Source: Octopus vulgaris
Taxonomy: Eukaryota
NCBI GenBank assembly: GCA_951406725.2
Contig: OX597831.1
Location: 11,222,001-11,286,000 of the forward strand
DNA length: 64,000 bases
Reading direction: 5' to 3'
Shown here: piece by piece, positions 47,075-60,060 of the stretch
How the letters are laid out: each line of letters begins with the position of its first letter
Position numbering within the stretch: position 1 is the first letter of the stretch
Position numbers and translations under genes: made by a program
Notes under the pieces: generated by a model
Databases searched by the model: none
Seen by the model: only the letters and a program-made list of their open reading frames with translations
What the model was told of the DNA's origin: nothing

Positions 47075-47550
47075 TTGAGACAAATGAAAGGATATCTCGG
47101 GTCCATATTCCCGAGCGATGAAAGACGGTAAGACGAATTGGACGCTAGAATTGTAGATATTGACACGCTTCTGGGCCAATTGCAGCATTCGTTCTTCCAA
47201 ATAAGAATAGTTGATAAAAAGAAATCCAAACTCGCTATCTCCGATCGGTTTCCGTGTTTGTTTTCACCTATGGCCATAAATGTTGAGTAATGGACGTAAG
47301 ATTGTGAATACAGACGGCCGAAATGGGGTTTCTTCCAAGAACCTCTGGAGTAACGTAACTCAACAGGATGAGTAACTCGGAGATCAGGAAGTCTCTTTAG
47401 TTTAAGCCGCTATTTCTCTGCATTGGCAGGTCACAGTTCTACAGCTACGGACATGTGAATAGAACGACTCAGAATAGAATTGCATAACGGATTATTCACG
47501 GCGAGCCAACCGGCAGGGGACCTCGAGTGAAGACCAAGAACGACAGGGTT
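47075..47550 (+). mobile_element. Decayed RTE-clade LINE fragment (RT C-terminal region)
   Basis: Translates to YLGSIFPSD..ELDARI, IQTAEMGFL..SGVT*LNRMSNSEIRKSL, YGHVNR with stops and frameshifts. Confidence 0.75.
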
Positions 47551-47569
47551 CGGAGATAATCCTTGGTTT

Positions 47570-47751
47570 CACAGTTCTATATTTAAGAGATGAAGAATTA
47601 TGTACATTATTTACATTTGAGGAATATTTTTCCTCATATTGTTTGTTGTTAATACAACTTTTCGGCCGGTATACTCTCCAGCCTTCATCAGGTGTCTCGG
47701 GGAAATTTCGAACCTGGGTTCTCATACCTAAAGTAATTTTCAATGTTATTA

Positions 47752-47822
<71 letters not shown>

Positions 47823-47973
47823 GTTGTTGTTGCTGTTGTTGTTGTTGTTCAGGTCACTGCCTGGAATCGAACACGGAATCTTGGGGTTAGTAGCCCGCGC
47901 TCTTAACCACTACGTCATGTGACCTTGGGCAAGATGAGGACAAATATCCGTCAAATGTAAATAATGTAAATAA
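47570..47973 (-). mobile_element. More complete copy of the tRNA-headed hammerhead element: tRNA head (47850-47925), (AAC/AAT)n, Penelope-like 3' segment with hammerhead, and an inverted terminal fragment (47929-47973)
   Basis: Same tRNA head as 14041; hammerhead on minus at 47651-47696; caagatgaggacaaatatccgtcaaatgtaaataa on plus next to the head. Confidence 0.72.
47651..47696 (-). ncRNA. Minimal type I hammerhead ribozyme motif (Penelope-type, degenerate)
   Basis: GACAC-CTGATGA-A-GGCTGG-loop-CCGGCC-GAAA-AG-TT-GTATT. Confidence 0.6.
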
Positions 47974-48106
47974 TCTTTGGTTTCAGTTTGGAATCCTGCT
48001 GGAAAGTGTAATGATGGTAATTGCTTCTGATAGGACTTTACGGAGGAGGTGCTTGAGGACTCGACCTCCATCACACGCACAGGAATAGTGAACGTGGCAG
48101 AAGAGT

Positions 48107-48520
48107 GGATAGATGGATGGATGGACGGATGGATTGATGGATGGATGGATGCATGGATGGATGCATGCATGGATGGATGCATGCATGCATGCATGGATGG
48201 ATGGATGGATGATGGATGCATGGATGCATGGATTGATGGATGGATGGATTGATGGATGGATGGATGGATGGATGGATTGATGGATGATGGATGCATGGAT
48301 GGATTGATGGATGATTGATGCATGAATGGATGCATGGATGCATGGATTGATGGATGGATTGATGGATGGATGGATGGATGGATGGATTGATTGATGGGTT
48401 GATTGATTGATGGATGGATGGATGGATGGATGGATGGATAGATGGATCGATGCATGGATTGATGGATGGATGGATGGTTGACGGACGGATGGATGGATGG
48501 TTGGAGGGATGGATAGATGG
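48107..48520 (+). repeat. (GGAT)n degenerate microsatellite
   Basis: Direct reading. Confidence 0.9.
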
Positions 48521-48966
48521 GAAGCAACGCCAGAGCCAGAATGTGGTTATTCGATGAGTTAGAAATAACTGTCAAATTTCCCTCAAATCACAGTCATTTG
48601 AATATAGACGTTTGCATTAAATGACTTATTCGTTGATATACAAAGCTGTAGGACAGAGACAGACAGAAGAACGCTTTTGATCAAAATTCTTCTCAAACTA
48701 AGATCAGGTCTGACCAGTGCCAAAATAGCAACCGCAGCTTCTATCACCATCAACAACAAAAACACTCGCAACCACTTCAATAAGAAATGAGTTCTTTCTG
48801 TTTTTCTTTTCTTTCTTTTTTTTATTACAGTAGCCTCAATCAGCTATCAACTATATGGTTAATAACTATTATACGAATTCTCAGCCTATGAATAGGGTTG
48901 ACCTTGGTCAAAATAACAACCAACACAATCAACACCACTCTTACCCCTAACTCATGTACAACAGCA

Positions 48967-49360
48967 GGAGGCGCAATGGCCCAGTGGTTAGGGCAGCGGA
49001 CTCGCGGTCGGAGGATTGCGGTTTCGATTCCCAAACCGGGCTTTGTGTGTGTTTATTGAGCGAAAACACCTAAAGCTCCATGAGGCTCCGGCAGAGGGTG
49101 GTGGCGATCCCTGTTGTACTCTTTCGCCCCAACTTTCTCTCATTCTTTCTTCCTGTTTCTTGTCCTCGACTTCCTACGCAACTGCTGAGCCTGGATGCGC
49201 ATTCATCCACCCGTCGATGCTCTCGGTGTCGGGGGTTGACCTGCTTTCTCTTCTGCGGGTCTTACGAATAGCAAAGGATCACGTTTCGGATTTCTCCCAC
49301 TGGGATGAAGACCGCTTCGCTCAACAGCAACAGCAACAACAACAACAGCAACAACAACTG
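48967..49360 (+). mobile_element. Family C SINE with a different 3' body and (CAA)n tail
   Basis: Same ~185 bp head and body as 52243-52629, then unrelated sequence; CAACAGCA on both sides. Confidence 0.85.
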
Positions 49361-51379
49361 CCACAAGCACAATAGCAACAACAATGGTGTTGTTCTTCTC
49401 TTTCGGTAGCATCAATCAGCTATCAGTTGTTTGATTAATAACTATAATTTGAATTGAATAACGAAGAGAGAAGCAATTGAAATTCCAATCATTCTTTGGT
49501 CAGTTCTTATCATCTCTTCCTTCTCTCTGTTACACACAAACCTCTTCGCTATTTCCTCCTCCTCCTCCACCTCACCCTAGAACTACTTCTCCCCCTCCTC
49601 CCTCCTACCACCATAATCTTTGATTATTGTCGAAATAAACCTAAACACCACACCTTGATTGATAAATGTCGCTTCTGCTGGAATCTAATCGAATTGATTG
49701 ATCCAGGAAATGCTTGATACACATTGATTGCCAGCTAAATTCTTAGTTTTGCGATGTTAATATCATTATCATTTAAAAAAAAAATTATTTATTCATTTAT
49801 TTGTTGATTAGGTTTGTTTCATTAAATACTCCATTGCTTAGAGCGTGTGGAGGCACGTGGCTCAGTGGTTAGGGCATTGGACTCACGACCGTAAGACTGT
49901 GGCTTCGATTCCTGGGCCAGGCGACGACTTTCGGTCTTTCTCTTTTCTTTCTCTCTTTCCTATTTTTTGCTATCAAATTGAGCAAAACATTTCATTTTAT
50001 GTTGCTCCAGTCCACTCGGCTGGCAAAAGTGAGTAACCAGGTCAAACAACAACAACAATAACAGTAACAACCGGAACGATAAGAATAACGAACATCACAT
50101 CACAACACAACAATCAATGAGAGCACCATCACGTGACACCGGAAAATTACATTTTACTGTCCCTTAGATTTTTGAATGATTTGAAAACAAGAAATAGGAA
50201 AGAATGAGAGGAAGGAGGGAAGAGAGAGAGAGAAAGAGCGAAAGACAGAAAGAAAGACGGAAAGAAAGACGGAAAGAAAGAAAGAAGGAAGGGAGGAAGA
50301 AAAGAAAGAGAGGCAGAAAGAAAAAAAGAAAGAAAGACAGAAGGAAAGAAAGAAAGAAAGACAGAAGGAAAGAAAGAAAGAAGGGAAGAAAGAAAGAAAG
50401 AAAGAAAGAAAAAAGAAAGAAAGACAGAAGGAAAGAAAGAAAGAAGGAAAGAAAGGAAGGAAAGAAAAAAGAAGGAAAGAAAGAAGGAAAGAAAGAAAGA
50501 AACAAATAAAGAAACAAAGAAAGGAACAAAGAAAGAAAGAAAGAGAGAAAGCGAAAAGATTTCTTTCGTATGTGAGGAAAACATTTCATGTTGAAATTTC
50601 AAACAGGAAAGAAGAAGAAGAAGAAGAAGAAGAAGAAGAAGAAGAAGAAGAAGAAGAAGAAGAAGAAGAAGAAGAAGAAGAAGAAGAAGAAGAAGAAGAA
50701 GAAGAAGAAGAAGAAGAAGAAGAAGAAGAAAAATGACAAAAAAGAAGCAACAGAAGATGAAAGAGCAAGAAGAAGCTACGAAGACAGAGTGAAGATAGGA
50801 GGGGGTGGAGGGAAAAGTATGAGAAGAAGAGCAAAGAAAAAAGGGGCAACAGAAAAATAAACAAATGAAAAACATACCATCACCACCACCACCACCACCA
50901 CCACCACCACCACCACCACACCATCACCACCAACCACAACAAAATCATTGAAGAATTCCACTCCATCAAAATGATTATTGCAGTGAAATAAAGCAGATCC
51001 AACTCCAAATGCGAAATATTTATAAATATTTCAATGCGTCGTACACTCACTGCTGTTTCACTGATTAACAAACAAATAATATAAATATAAATATAAATAT
51101 AATATAATATAATATAATATAATATAATATGAGATTTTTGTTCTAATAATTAACACCATTGACTAAAATGGCGACCAGATGATTCGTTTTATGTTCTATT
51201 TAATTCACTATTAACATTTTACGAATACAATTTACTTTGATTTGGTTGGGATTACCTTTCTTTTATTTATTTATTTTGTGTGTGTAGGTGGGGCGGGTGG
51301 GGTGGGGTGAAAGTCATGCTGTTCAATATTATTGCTGTCAAATGTGGCTGCTGCCAAATGTAGCTAGATTTTTATTGAT

Positions 51380-51448
<69 letters not shown>

Positions 51449-51513
51449 GTCGTCGTCGTCGTCGTCGTCGTTGTTGTTGTTGTTGCTGTTGTTGTTGTTA
51501 TTATTATTAGTAC

Positions 51514-51589
<76 letters not shown>

Positions 51590-51591
<2 letters not shown>

Positions 51592-51797
51592 GGCGGTGAG
51601 CTCGAAGAATCGGTAGCAAAATGCTTAGCGGTATTTCGTCCGTCTTCATGTTCTGAGTTCGAATTCCGCCGAGGTCGACTTTACCTTTCATTCCTTTTGA
51701 GGTTGATATAATAAGTACCAGTTGCGCGCTGGGGTCAACGTAACCGACTAGCCCCTCGCTCAAAACTGCTGGCCTTGTGCCAAAATTTGAAATCAAC
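51590..51797 (+). mobile_element. Family A SINE (alternative tail)
   Basis: aaggcggtgagctcg...gttcgaattccgccgaggtcgac...ggccttgtgccaaaatttgaaa; further degenerate copies near 61, 30075, 43350, 43890, 60270 and 63800. Confidence 0.8.
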
Positions 51798-52242
51798 AAT
51801 GGTTTTCGCGTTCGTCAGCATGCTTAGCCACATTTCGTGTTACTCTTCATTTCTTTGGTTCAAATTCTTCCATGGTCAACGTTGCCTTTGATTCTTTCTG
51901 GGTCAATAAAATGTAGCACCAGGCAATTCTTCCTTTACACTTCAGATCAATCTTCTACTTTCTGATGAGGATGGAGAAGAGTTTTTATGAATTTCTCCTG
52001 GAAAATTTTGAGAAGCATTTTGTTGCTTGGATGCAATGCAAACTCGTGTCCACATCTTTCTTAGGTAGCCGAATTAATTGAACCCTCATCACCTTTGTTT
52101 ATTGTGATACTGTATCAAGGGTTTTACTTAATCATTGTGAGCGTACAAAGCGGCTTTCACATCCCTGACGGCACACAGTCAGGCAGTCCTCAGGCTCTGA
52201 GATAGCAGTTCACGGTTTGACAGTCTTGCCAGATTACATACA

Positions 52243-52629
52243 TGGATGGAAGCACTGCGTCGGTTACGACGACGAGGGTTCCGGTTGATCCGATCAACGG
52301 AACAGCTTGCTCGTGAAATTAACGTGTAAGTGGCTGAGCACTCCACAGACACGTGCACCCTTAACGTAGTTCTCGGGGATATTCAGCGTGACACAGAGAG
52401 TGACAAGGCCGGCCCTTTGAAATACAGGTACAACAGAAACAGGAAATAAGAGTGAGAGAAAGTTGTGGTGAAAGAGTACAGCAGGGATCACCACCATCCC
52501 CTGCCGAAGCCTCGTGGAGCTTTAGGTGTTTTCGCTCAATAAACACTCACAACACCCGGTCTGGGAATCGAAACCGCGATCCTATGACCGCGAGTCCGCT
52601 GCCCTAACCACTGGGCCATTGCGCCTCCA
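52243..52629 (-). mobile_element. Full-length family C tRNA SINE with 14-bp TSD
   Basis: Head GGAGGCGCAATGGCCCAGTGGTTAGGGCAGCGG..GTTTCGATTCCC; CCAGATTACATACA at 52229-52242 and 52630-52643. Confidence 0.9.
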
Positions 52630-53035
52630 CCAGATTACATACAAACCTTGTTGCGTGTGTTACTGCCCGCAGATTATAACTCATTGTATTCACGGTGTTT
52701 ATTGAAAAGTCACGATCTATATACCATCGCTGACGTCAATAGGAAAAAATTCGTTCCACACTTAATGTTATTTCCAACACAGACTTTGTTACATAGTCTG
52801 TGGTCAAGAGAGCAGCGTATTCTGAAGACACTTTCCTGTAACGAAAACCCCCCCAAAACAGTAGCTTTCCTACGTTCATCTAGCTTTTATTTGAAGGTGT
52901 ATTATTTACTATCTTATTACAAATTACTTCAGCACAAGACGCACTTCTATACTCAAACTCGCTTGCATATAAACACACGTTTATATACAGAGTCACTTGC
53001 GCATGGGAACTGCTGCAAAAACAGACTCACTGGTA

Positions 53036-53452
53036 TTTACTCTTTTACTCTTTTTACTCTTTTACTTGTTTCAGACATTTGACTGCGGCCATGCTGGAGC
53101 ACCGCCTTTAGTCGAGCAAATCGACCCCGGAACTTATTCTTTGTAAGCCCAGTACTTCTTCTATCGGTCTCTTTTGCCGAACCGCTAGGTGACGGGGACG
53201 TAAACACACCAGCATCGGTTGTCAGGCAATACTAGGGGGACAAACACAGACACACAAACACACACATATATATATATATACATATATACGACAGGCTTCT
53301 TTCAGTTTCCGTCTACCAAATCCACTCACAAGGCTTTGGTCGGCCCGAGGCTATAGTAGAAGACACTTGCCCAAGATGCCACGCAGTGGGACTGAACCCG
53401 GAACCATGTGGTTGGTTAGCAAGCTACTTACCACACAGCCACTCCTGCGCCT
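53036..53452 (-). mobile_element. Full-length family B tRNA SINE with internal (TA)/(TG) microsatellite and (GAGTAAAA)n tail
   Basis: Minus: aggcgcaggagtggctgtgtggtaag...gggttcagtccc...gtagacggaaactgaaagaagcc...ccagcatggccgcagtcaaatg...aagtaaaagagtaaa. Confidence 0.85.
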
Positions 53453-53497
53453 ATTTGTACACATTCACTTATACACTCGGAATGTCTTACATACTTT

Positions 53498-53538
<41 letters not shown>

Positions 53539-53850
53539 GCACACACACGCACACACGTGTGCATATAAGTGTATATTTACTCAATAGACACTCCTAATTG
53601 TGAAGTGATTCATTCTATACTGTTAAAGGCCATTGTATCATTTTTCAGCTGTCGTGACTCGGCGTCGAAATAGTAGTTCCTTACCCAGGTACAACATTAT
53701 CTTGTCACTCAGATTTAATCTCAATTAACTAATTATTAGAGACAAATAGAAAATCTTATTTTCATGTTGGATTTTCTGTAAATTAAAACAAATCTGTTCT
53801 ATTTCAGTCACGATTTTTTATTTTACCTTCTTTTAAAATCACTTTTTTTT

Positions 53851-54022
53851 AAGGTATGGCCGTGTGGTTAAGAAGATCGTCTGGCAACCACATGGATTCA
53901 GGTTCAGTCCCATTGCACGGCAACTCGACGAGTGACCTGTACTGTTATAGTACCTTGTGAGTTAATTTGTAGACAGGAAATGTGTGGAATCCCATCATAT
54001 ATAAATATATATATATATATAC

Positions 54023-54054
<32 letters not shown>

Positions 54055-54262
54055 AGGTGTGTGCGTGTACCTGTGTTTGTCCCTTAACAAAACGTGACAT
54101 CCGATGTTGGACTCTTACATTCCCGTACTAGCGGTTCGATAAAAGAAACTGATGGAATAAGTACCAGGCTTTCAAAAGGTTCGACTAAACCTCTCAAGGA
54201 GATGCCCCAGCATGACCGCAGTCCAATGACTAAACCAAGGAAACTAGATAAAGTAAAAGATA
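53851..54262 (+). mobile_element. Diverged family B SINE
   Basis: Colinear with 53036-53452 in opposite orientation. Confidence 0.75.
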
Positions 54263-54349
54263 TAAATATACATACATACATACAAATATATATATATTTG
54301 TATATATATATATATATAGATAGATAGATAGATAGATATAGATATATAT

Positions 54350-54537
54350 ATTTCTTTATTATCCACAAGGGGCTAAACACAGAGGGGTCAAATAAGGACA
54401 GACAAACGGATTAAGCCGATTACATCGACCCCAGTGCGTAACTGGTACTTAATTTATCGACTCCAAAAGGATGAAAGGCAAAGTTGACCTCGGCGGAATT
54501 TGAACTCCGAACATAACGGCAGACGAATACCGCTAAG
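54350..54537 (-). mobile_element. Family A SINE with LINE-like tail running into (TA)n/(ATCT)n
   Basis: tttctttattatccacaaggggctaaacacagagggg... preceded on plus by TAGA repeats at 54316-54340. Confidence 0.85.
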
Positions 54538-54547
54538 TATATATATG

Positions 54548-54649
<102 letters not shown>

Positions 54650-54655
54650 ATATAC

Positions 54656-54688
<33 letters not shown>

Positions 54689-55102
54689 CATACACACACA
54701 CATATATATATACACATATATGCATGCATTCATGTGTGTGCGTGTGATTGTACATAGAGACATATATTAAACATATGTATACGCGTATATATAAGTATAT
54801 GTGTGTGTGTGTGTGTGTGTGTATGTATACATTCAACATTGTGTGTTCTGGCTTTATGATCTTTATTATCTTCTCTAATCACCATTGTCCTCCCGCCTCA
54901 TCACAGCACCATCCTCCTACCTCACCTATCACCACAGGTTCTCTTCTTCCCCCTCCTCCTCTACCTCCTCCCCCACCTCCTCCTCCCAATCGGTCTTCCC
55001 GTGTGTCGCAAAGATGTTTTAATGGCTTCGTTTTTGAAAGCCATAACCGTTTCACATAAATTGAAATGAATGCGCCGAGTGTCTACGCACAGCCATAAAT
55101 TT

Positions 55103-55175
55103 TCATCATCATCAACATCATCACCACCACCACCACCACCACCACCATCATCATCATCAACATCATCACCACCAC

Positions 55176-55216
<41 letters not shown>

Positions 55217-55232
55217 ACATTATCACCACCAC

Positions 55233-55267
<35 letters not shown>

Positions 55268-55268
55268 A

Positions 55269-55305
<37 letters not shown>

Positions 55306-55319
55306 GTCATCATCATCAA

Positions 55320-55353
<34 letters not shown>

Positions 55354-55596
55354 GTCATCATCATCATCATCGTTAATCTCACCTGCATTGTTATTATTGT
55401 TATTATTATTATTATTATTATGCTCATAATTAAAAGCAATACCATTATAGCCATTATTATTACAATTATTATAACTATTATAGTATTATCTTTAATATTC
55501 AAATTGCCCTTCGTTGGTACGATTATTTCATCATCATCATCTTCATTATTGCCATCACCACCATCATCATCTTCATCATTGCCATCATCATCATCG

Positions 55597-55627
<31 letters not shown>

Positions 55628-55630
55628 TGC

Positions 55631-55669
<39 letters not shown>

Positions 55670-55711
55670 TATCAGTAAGAAGACTACTACTTTTATTACT
55701 ACTAGTGCTAT

Positions 55712-55794
<83 letters not shown>

Positions 55795-55930
55795 CAACAC
55801 AATAATAATAATAATAATGATGATGATGATGATGATAATGATGATGATAATACTAATACTGATAATAATGATACTAATTATATTATTATTATTATTATTA
55901 TTAGTAGTAGTAGTAGTAGTAGTAGTAGTA
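55103..55930 (+). repeat. Compound (CAT)n/(ATT)n/(AAT)n/(AGT)n microsatellite field
   Basis: Direct reading. Confidence 0.9.
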
Positions 55931-56659
55931 AAGCCAAGAGGAAAATCGAAGCCAATATGGAATTGAAAAAACAAAAAAACGACAAGCATCGGAAGCCCGA
56001 AGAAGGGAGGGGGGAGGCTAATAGCAGAGAGAAGTGAAATTTATTGGCAATCCTCACGGAGAGGTCACCGATGGAGTGAGAGGTCACGTGACCGACAATT
56101 CGCAAAATGAAGACTAAATAAAGAAAACAAAATACAAAACTTAAAGTATAAAAGGATAATTAGTAAAACTCATTAGCGCTGTGACAAAAGACTAATTGTT
56201 AATGATGAATGACTAAAATGAAGTAAAGACGGACAGAACGTTTAAGAGGTAAGTGTGTGTGTGGAGGGGGTGTCTCTGTGTGTGTATGTCGGGGCGTGTG
56301 TGTGTGTACGTGTGTGTGTGTACGTGTGTGTGTGCTTGTGAGTGCGTGTGTGTCTCTTTGTCTGTGTGTCTGCGTATATATGTTGGTGTGTGTGTGTGTG
56401 TGTTTCGCTGCGTGTGGGTGTGTGCATGTGGGTGTCTGTGTGGGGGCGCGTGTATGTGTGTCCGTGTATCTTTCATCGTTTACTTATTTCAGTGATGCGG
56501 CCAAGCTGGGGCACCTCCATGAAGAAGATTTTAGTAGAAGGAATCGACCCGGGAATGCTTGGTTACGGCGGCGTAATCACACTAACATACACACACACAC
56601 ACTCACACACATACGATGGGCTTCTTTTAGTTTCCATCTACCAAATACGCTGACAAGAG

Positions 56660-57119
56660 AAAGGAGGAGACGGAGGAAGAGAAAACGGAAGAGGAGACGA
56701 AGGAGGAAGAGGAGGAGAGGAAGAAGAAGAAGAAGAAGAAGAAGAAGAAGAAGAAGAAGAAGAAGAAGAAGAAGAAGAAGAAGAAGAAGAAGAAGAAAAA
56801 GAAGAAAAAGAAAAAGAAGAAGAAGAAGAAGAAGAAGAAGAAGAAGAAAGAAGAAGAAGAAGAAGAAGAAGAAGAAGAAGAAGAAGAAGAAGAAGAAGAA
56901 GAAGAAGAAGAAGAAGAAGAAGAAGAAGAAGAAGAAGAAGAAGAAGAAGAAGAAAAAGAAGAAGAAGAAGAAAAAGAAGAAAAAGAAGAAGAAGAAGAAA
57001 AAGAAGAAGAAGAAGAAGAAGAAGATGATGAAGACGAAGAAGAAGAAGAAGAAGAAGAAGAAGAAGAAGAAGAAGAAGAAGAAGAAGAAGAAGAAAAAGA
57101 AGAAGAAGAAGAAGAAGAA
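56660..57119 (+). repeat. (GAA)n tract; further (GAA)n at 50611-50729, 58108-58425 and 59473-59595
   Basis: Direct reading. Confidence 0.95.
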
Positions 57120-57307
57120 TGGTACCCAACTAACATGAACTAAGTCTTATTTCATTGTAACTGTTTTTATTTGCTTTAACAATTTGTTAAATACTTAAAC
57201 TGGAAATTCGTTGGAAAAAAAAAACAACTCCTTCTTGATATAAACACATAATTTCCATTGGGTATATTTTAGCGATGAAAGGGTTCGATCGCCCGGCGAA
57301 GAAAGAA

Positions 57308-57772
57308 CCACCAAAATATTCCTCACGCCAGCCTTGTATGAGTCATTTGGCCATTCCACTGACTGACGACGTGATGTTGGTGTTTTGATTAGTTAAGAGA
57401 GTACTGAAGGCCAACACTATTAGATAACAAGGCTTCCGCCCCGTCCCCCATCACCCGACGTGGAACAGCGAGCTACACAGCTGTGAGATATAATGAAATG
57501 ATGTAAAGCTCAATATTTATATTGTCAGTATTACATATGTACATCTATGATATTAGGCCTGTTTCTAGGTGTGTTTGAAAAGCATCGCAAAACACGTTAA
57601 ATATGTTTGTATCTTGTCAACACTTGTATTGCGTACGGTGAAGTCCAAGTTCATATCATGTGTTACTGACCGAAATCTGAGTCACGTGGATCACGTGGTG
57701 CATGACGTATTCATTGAGGAAATCTTAAAGCAAAAAAAAAAAAATGAACGGTGAGAATTTGTGGTTGTAATT
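57308..57772 (+). repeat. Copy 1 of a ~460 bp direct duplication
   Basis: Near-identical to 59599-60060. Confidence 0.92.
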
Positions 57773-58035
57773 GTGGTTAATTAATAAGTTTTTATCTCTG
57801 TTATTTGCATAAAACCAGAGAAATGTGTTGTCAGGGTCACCGACGCCCCCTGCACACTGATTTGAAAAACATAATATGGCTTTTTTGGAATTGGTTTTGT
57901 CAAATATAAAGGTATTTCCCGTGACGTAACCTTTCTCTTGATTTACGCTTTTTTTGTTTTTGGCTGGCTTTCTCTTCTGTACAAACATCAACTTCTTGGT
58001 TACAGACAGTTGTTCGTGTGTATGTGTGGTGTGTT

Positions 58036-58096
<61 letters not shown>

Positions 58097-58118
58097 TGAG
58101 AAAGGATGAGAAGAAGAA

Positions 58119-58174
<56 letters not shown>

Positions 58175-58253
58175 AGAAAAAGAAAAGAAGAAGAGGAAGA
58201 AGAGGAAGAAGAGGAAGAAGAAAATAATAATAATAATAAGAAGAAGAAGAAAT

Positions 58254-58284
<31 letters not shown>

Positions 58285-59565
58285 AAGAAGAAGAAGAAGA
58301 AGAAGAAGAAGAAGAAGAAGAAGAAGAAGAAGAAGAAGAAGAAGAAGAAGAAGAAGAAGAAGAAGAAGAAGAAGAAGAAGAAGAAGAAGAAGAAGAAGAA
58401 GAAGAAGAAGAAGAAGAAGAAGAAGGGTCAATAGAAAAACATCCACCCCAGAGTTTGGCTGCTGCTTTATCCCGAAAGAAAAGCAAAGTTGATGTTAGCG
58501 TGATGTGAATCCGTAATTCACAGAGCGTCAATAAAAATACCAATTTTACTGAATCGCCTATTCTAAATTTTCGTAAACAAATTCTTTATATAAACTAACG
58601 AATTATCGTGAAATAAATTCAGAAAATAATCAGTTTACCAATTCCACCTATAACTGGTTGACTTTGCTTATGGCACTAACAAACCAATTCCGTTTGTCAA
58701 GATTACTTGTATAATCGTGTTTAGAGTCTCCTTTACATTGCTCGTTGATCTTTGGTTGAAAAACTAAGTTTTGGTTCCAATTCCAAAATATAGCGGAAAT
58801 TCTTCAATGATTGGCGTCGTTGTTCTAGTGACACTTGGAATTCCCGTGTATGTAAAGGCTTCTCAGATAGATATAGTAAGGAACCGTGTCGAATCTGAGG
58901 ACCTGTAGACCCGGTTGCCTGTTGGCATGGCATATAAGCGAACGAGATTACGACACTGGCCCTTAATGAGACGACAGTCTATCGAGGGTTTCACTTATTT
59001 ACAACTGAAGTGACTGGAATGACCGGGAAGAAAATACTTTCCTCAGCAAAAGGACGAACCGCTTGGTGTGGGAATCGAAACCACGATTTTGAGATCGTGT
59101 GTGCCAAACCCTCTGACCAGTAGGCCAAGCGTCTTCTCTCTTAAATTTATAGACTGGTCGGTGTCCATTCCTTTTGTCTTCATGATGACACTGACGCCCG
59201 CGAATGTTTGGTTATGATCTTCAGTTGTTGAGTTGGTTTGTCTGCGTTAACCGTTCACAGCTGAGGCCCGGCTGGAGCATCGTAGTTAGAGCTTACGTTT
59301 CGTAAAGGTATTTTAGAAGCAGTGCAATAATTGTGGGTTCTTAACGTAGACGTATGAGGGAGAGAACAGAAAGAGAGAGCGTGAGAGAAGGAGAGGTAGT
59401 GAGAGAGAGAGAAAGAGAGAAAGAAAGATTCTCGGATATGATATAATCTCTTATTCCATATGTTTATTCTTTGAGAAGAAGAAGAAGAAGAAGAAGAAGA
59501 AGAAGAAGAAGAAGAAGAAGAAGGAGAAGAAGAAGAAGAAGAAGAAGAAGAAGAAGAAGAAGAAG

Positions 59566-59598
<33 letters not shown>

Positions 59599-60060
59599 CA
59601 CCAAAACCTCCTCACCCCAGCCTTGTATGAGTCATTTGGCCATTCCACTGACTGACGACGTGATGTTGGTGTTTTGATTAGTTAAGAGAGTACTGAAGGC
59701 CAACACTATTAGATAACAAGGCTTCCGCCCCTCCCCCATCACCCGACGTGGAGCAGCGAGCTACACAGCTGTGAGATATAATGAAATGATGTAAAGCTCA
59801 ATATTTATATTGTCAGTATTACATATGTATATCTATGATATTAAGGCCTGTTTCTAGGTGTGCTTGAAAAGCATCGCAAAACACGTTAAATATGTTTGTA
59901 TCTTGTCAACACTTGTATTGCGTACGGTGAAGTCCAAGTTCATATCATGTGTTACTGACCGACATCTGAGTCACGTGGATCACGTGGTTCATGACGTATT
60001 CATTGGGGAAATCTTAAAGCAAAAAAATAAAATGAACGGCGAGAATTTGTGGTTGTAATT
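59599..60060 (+). repeat. Copy 2 of a ~460 bp direct duplication
   Basis: Near-identical to 57308-57772. Confidence 0.92.

Noticed and set aside
56257-57138. Poly-Arg/Lys ORF
   Set aside because: Translation of (GAA)n and (TG)n plus a SINE remnant.
57569-57754. Duplicated 61/66-aa ORF (also 59858-60058)
   Set aside because: Non-ATG start, no domain similarity, and the copies differ by a frameshift near the end; similarity reflects the DNA duplication.
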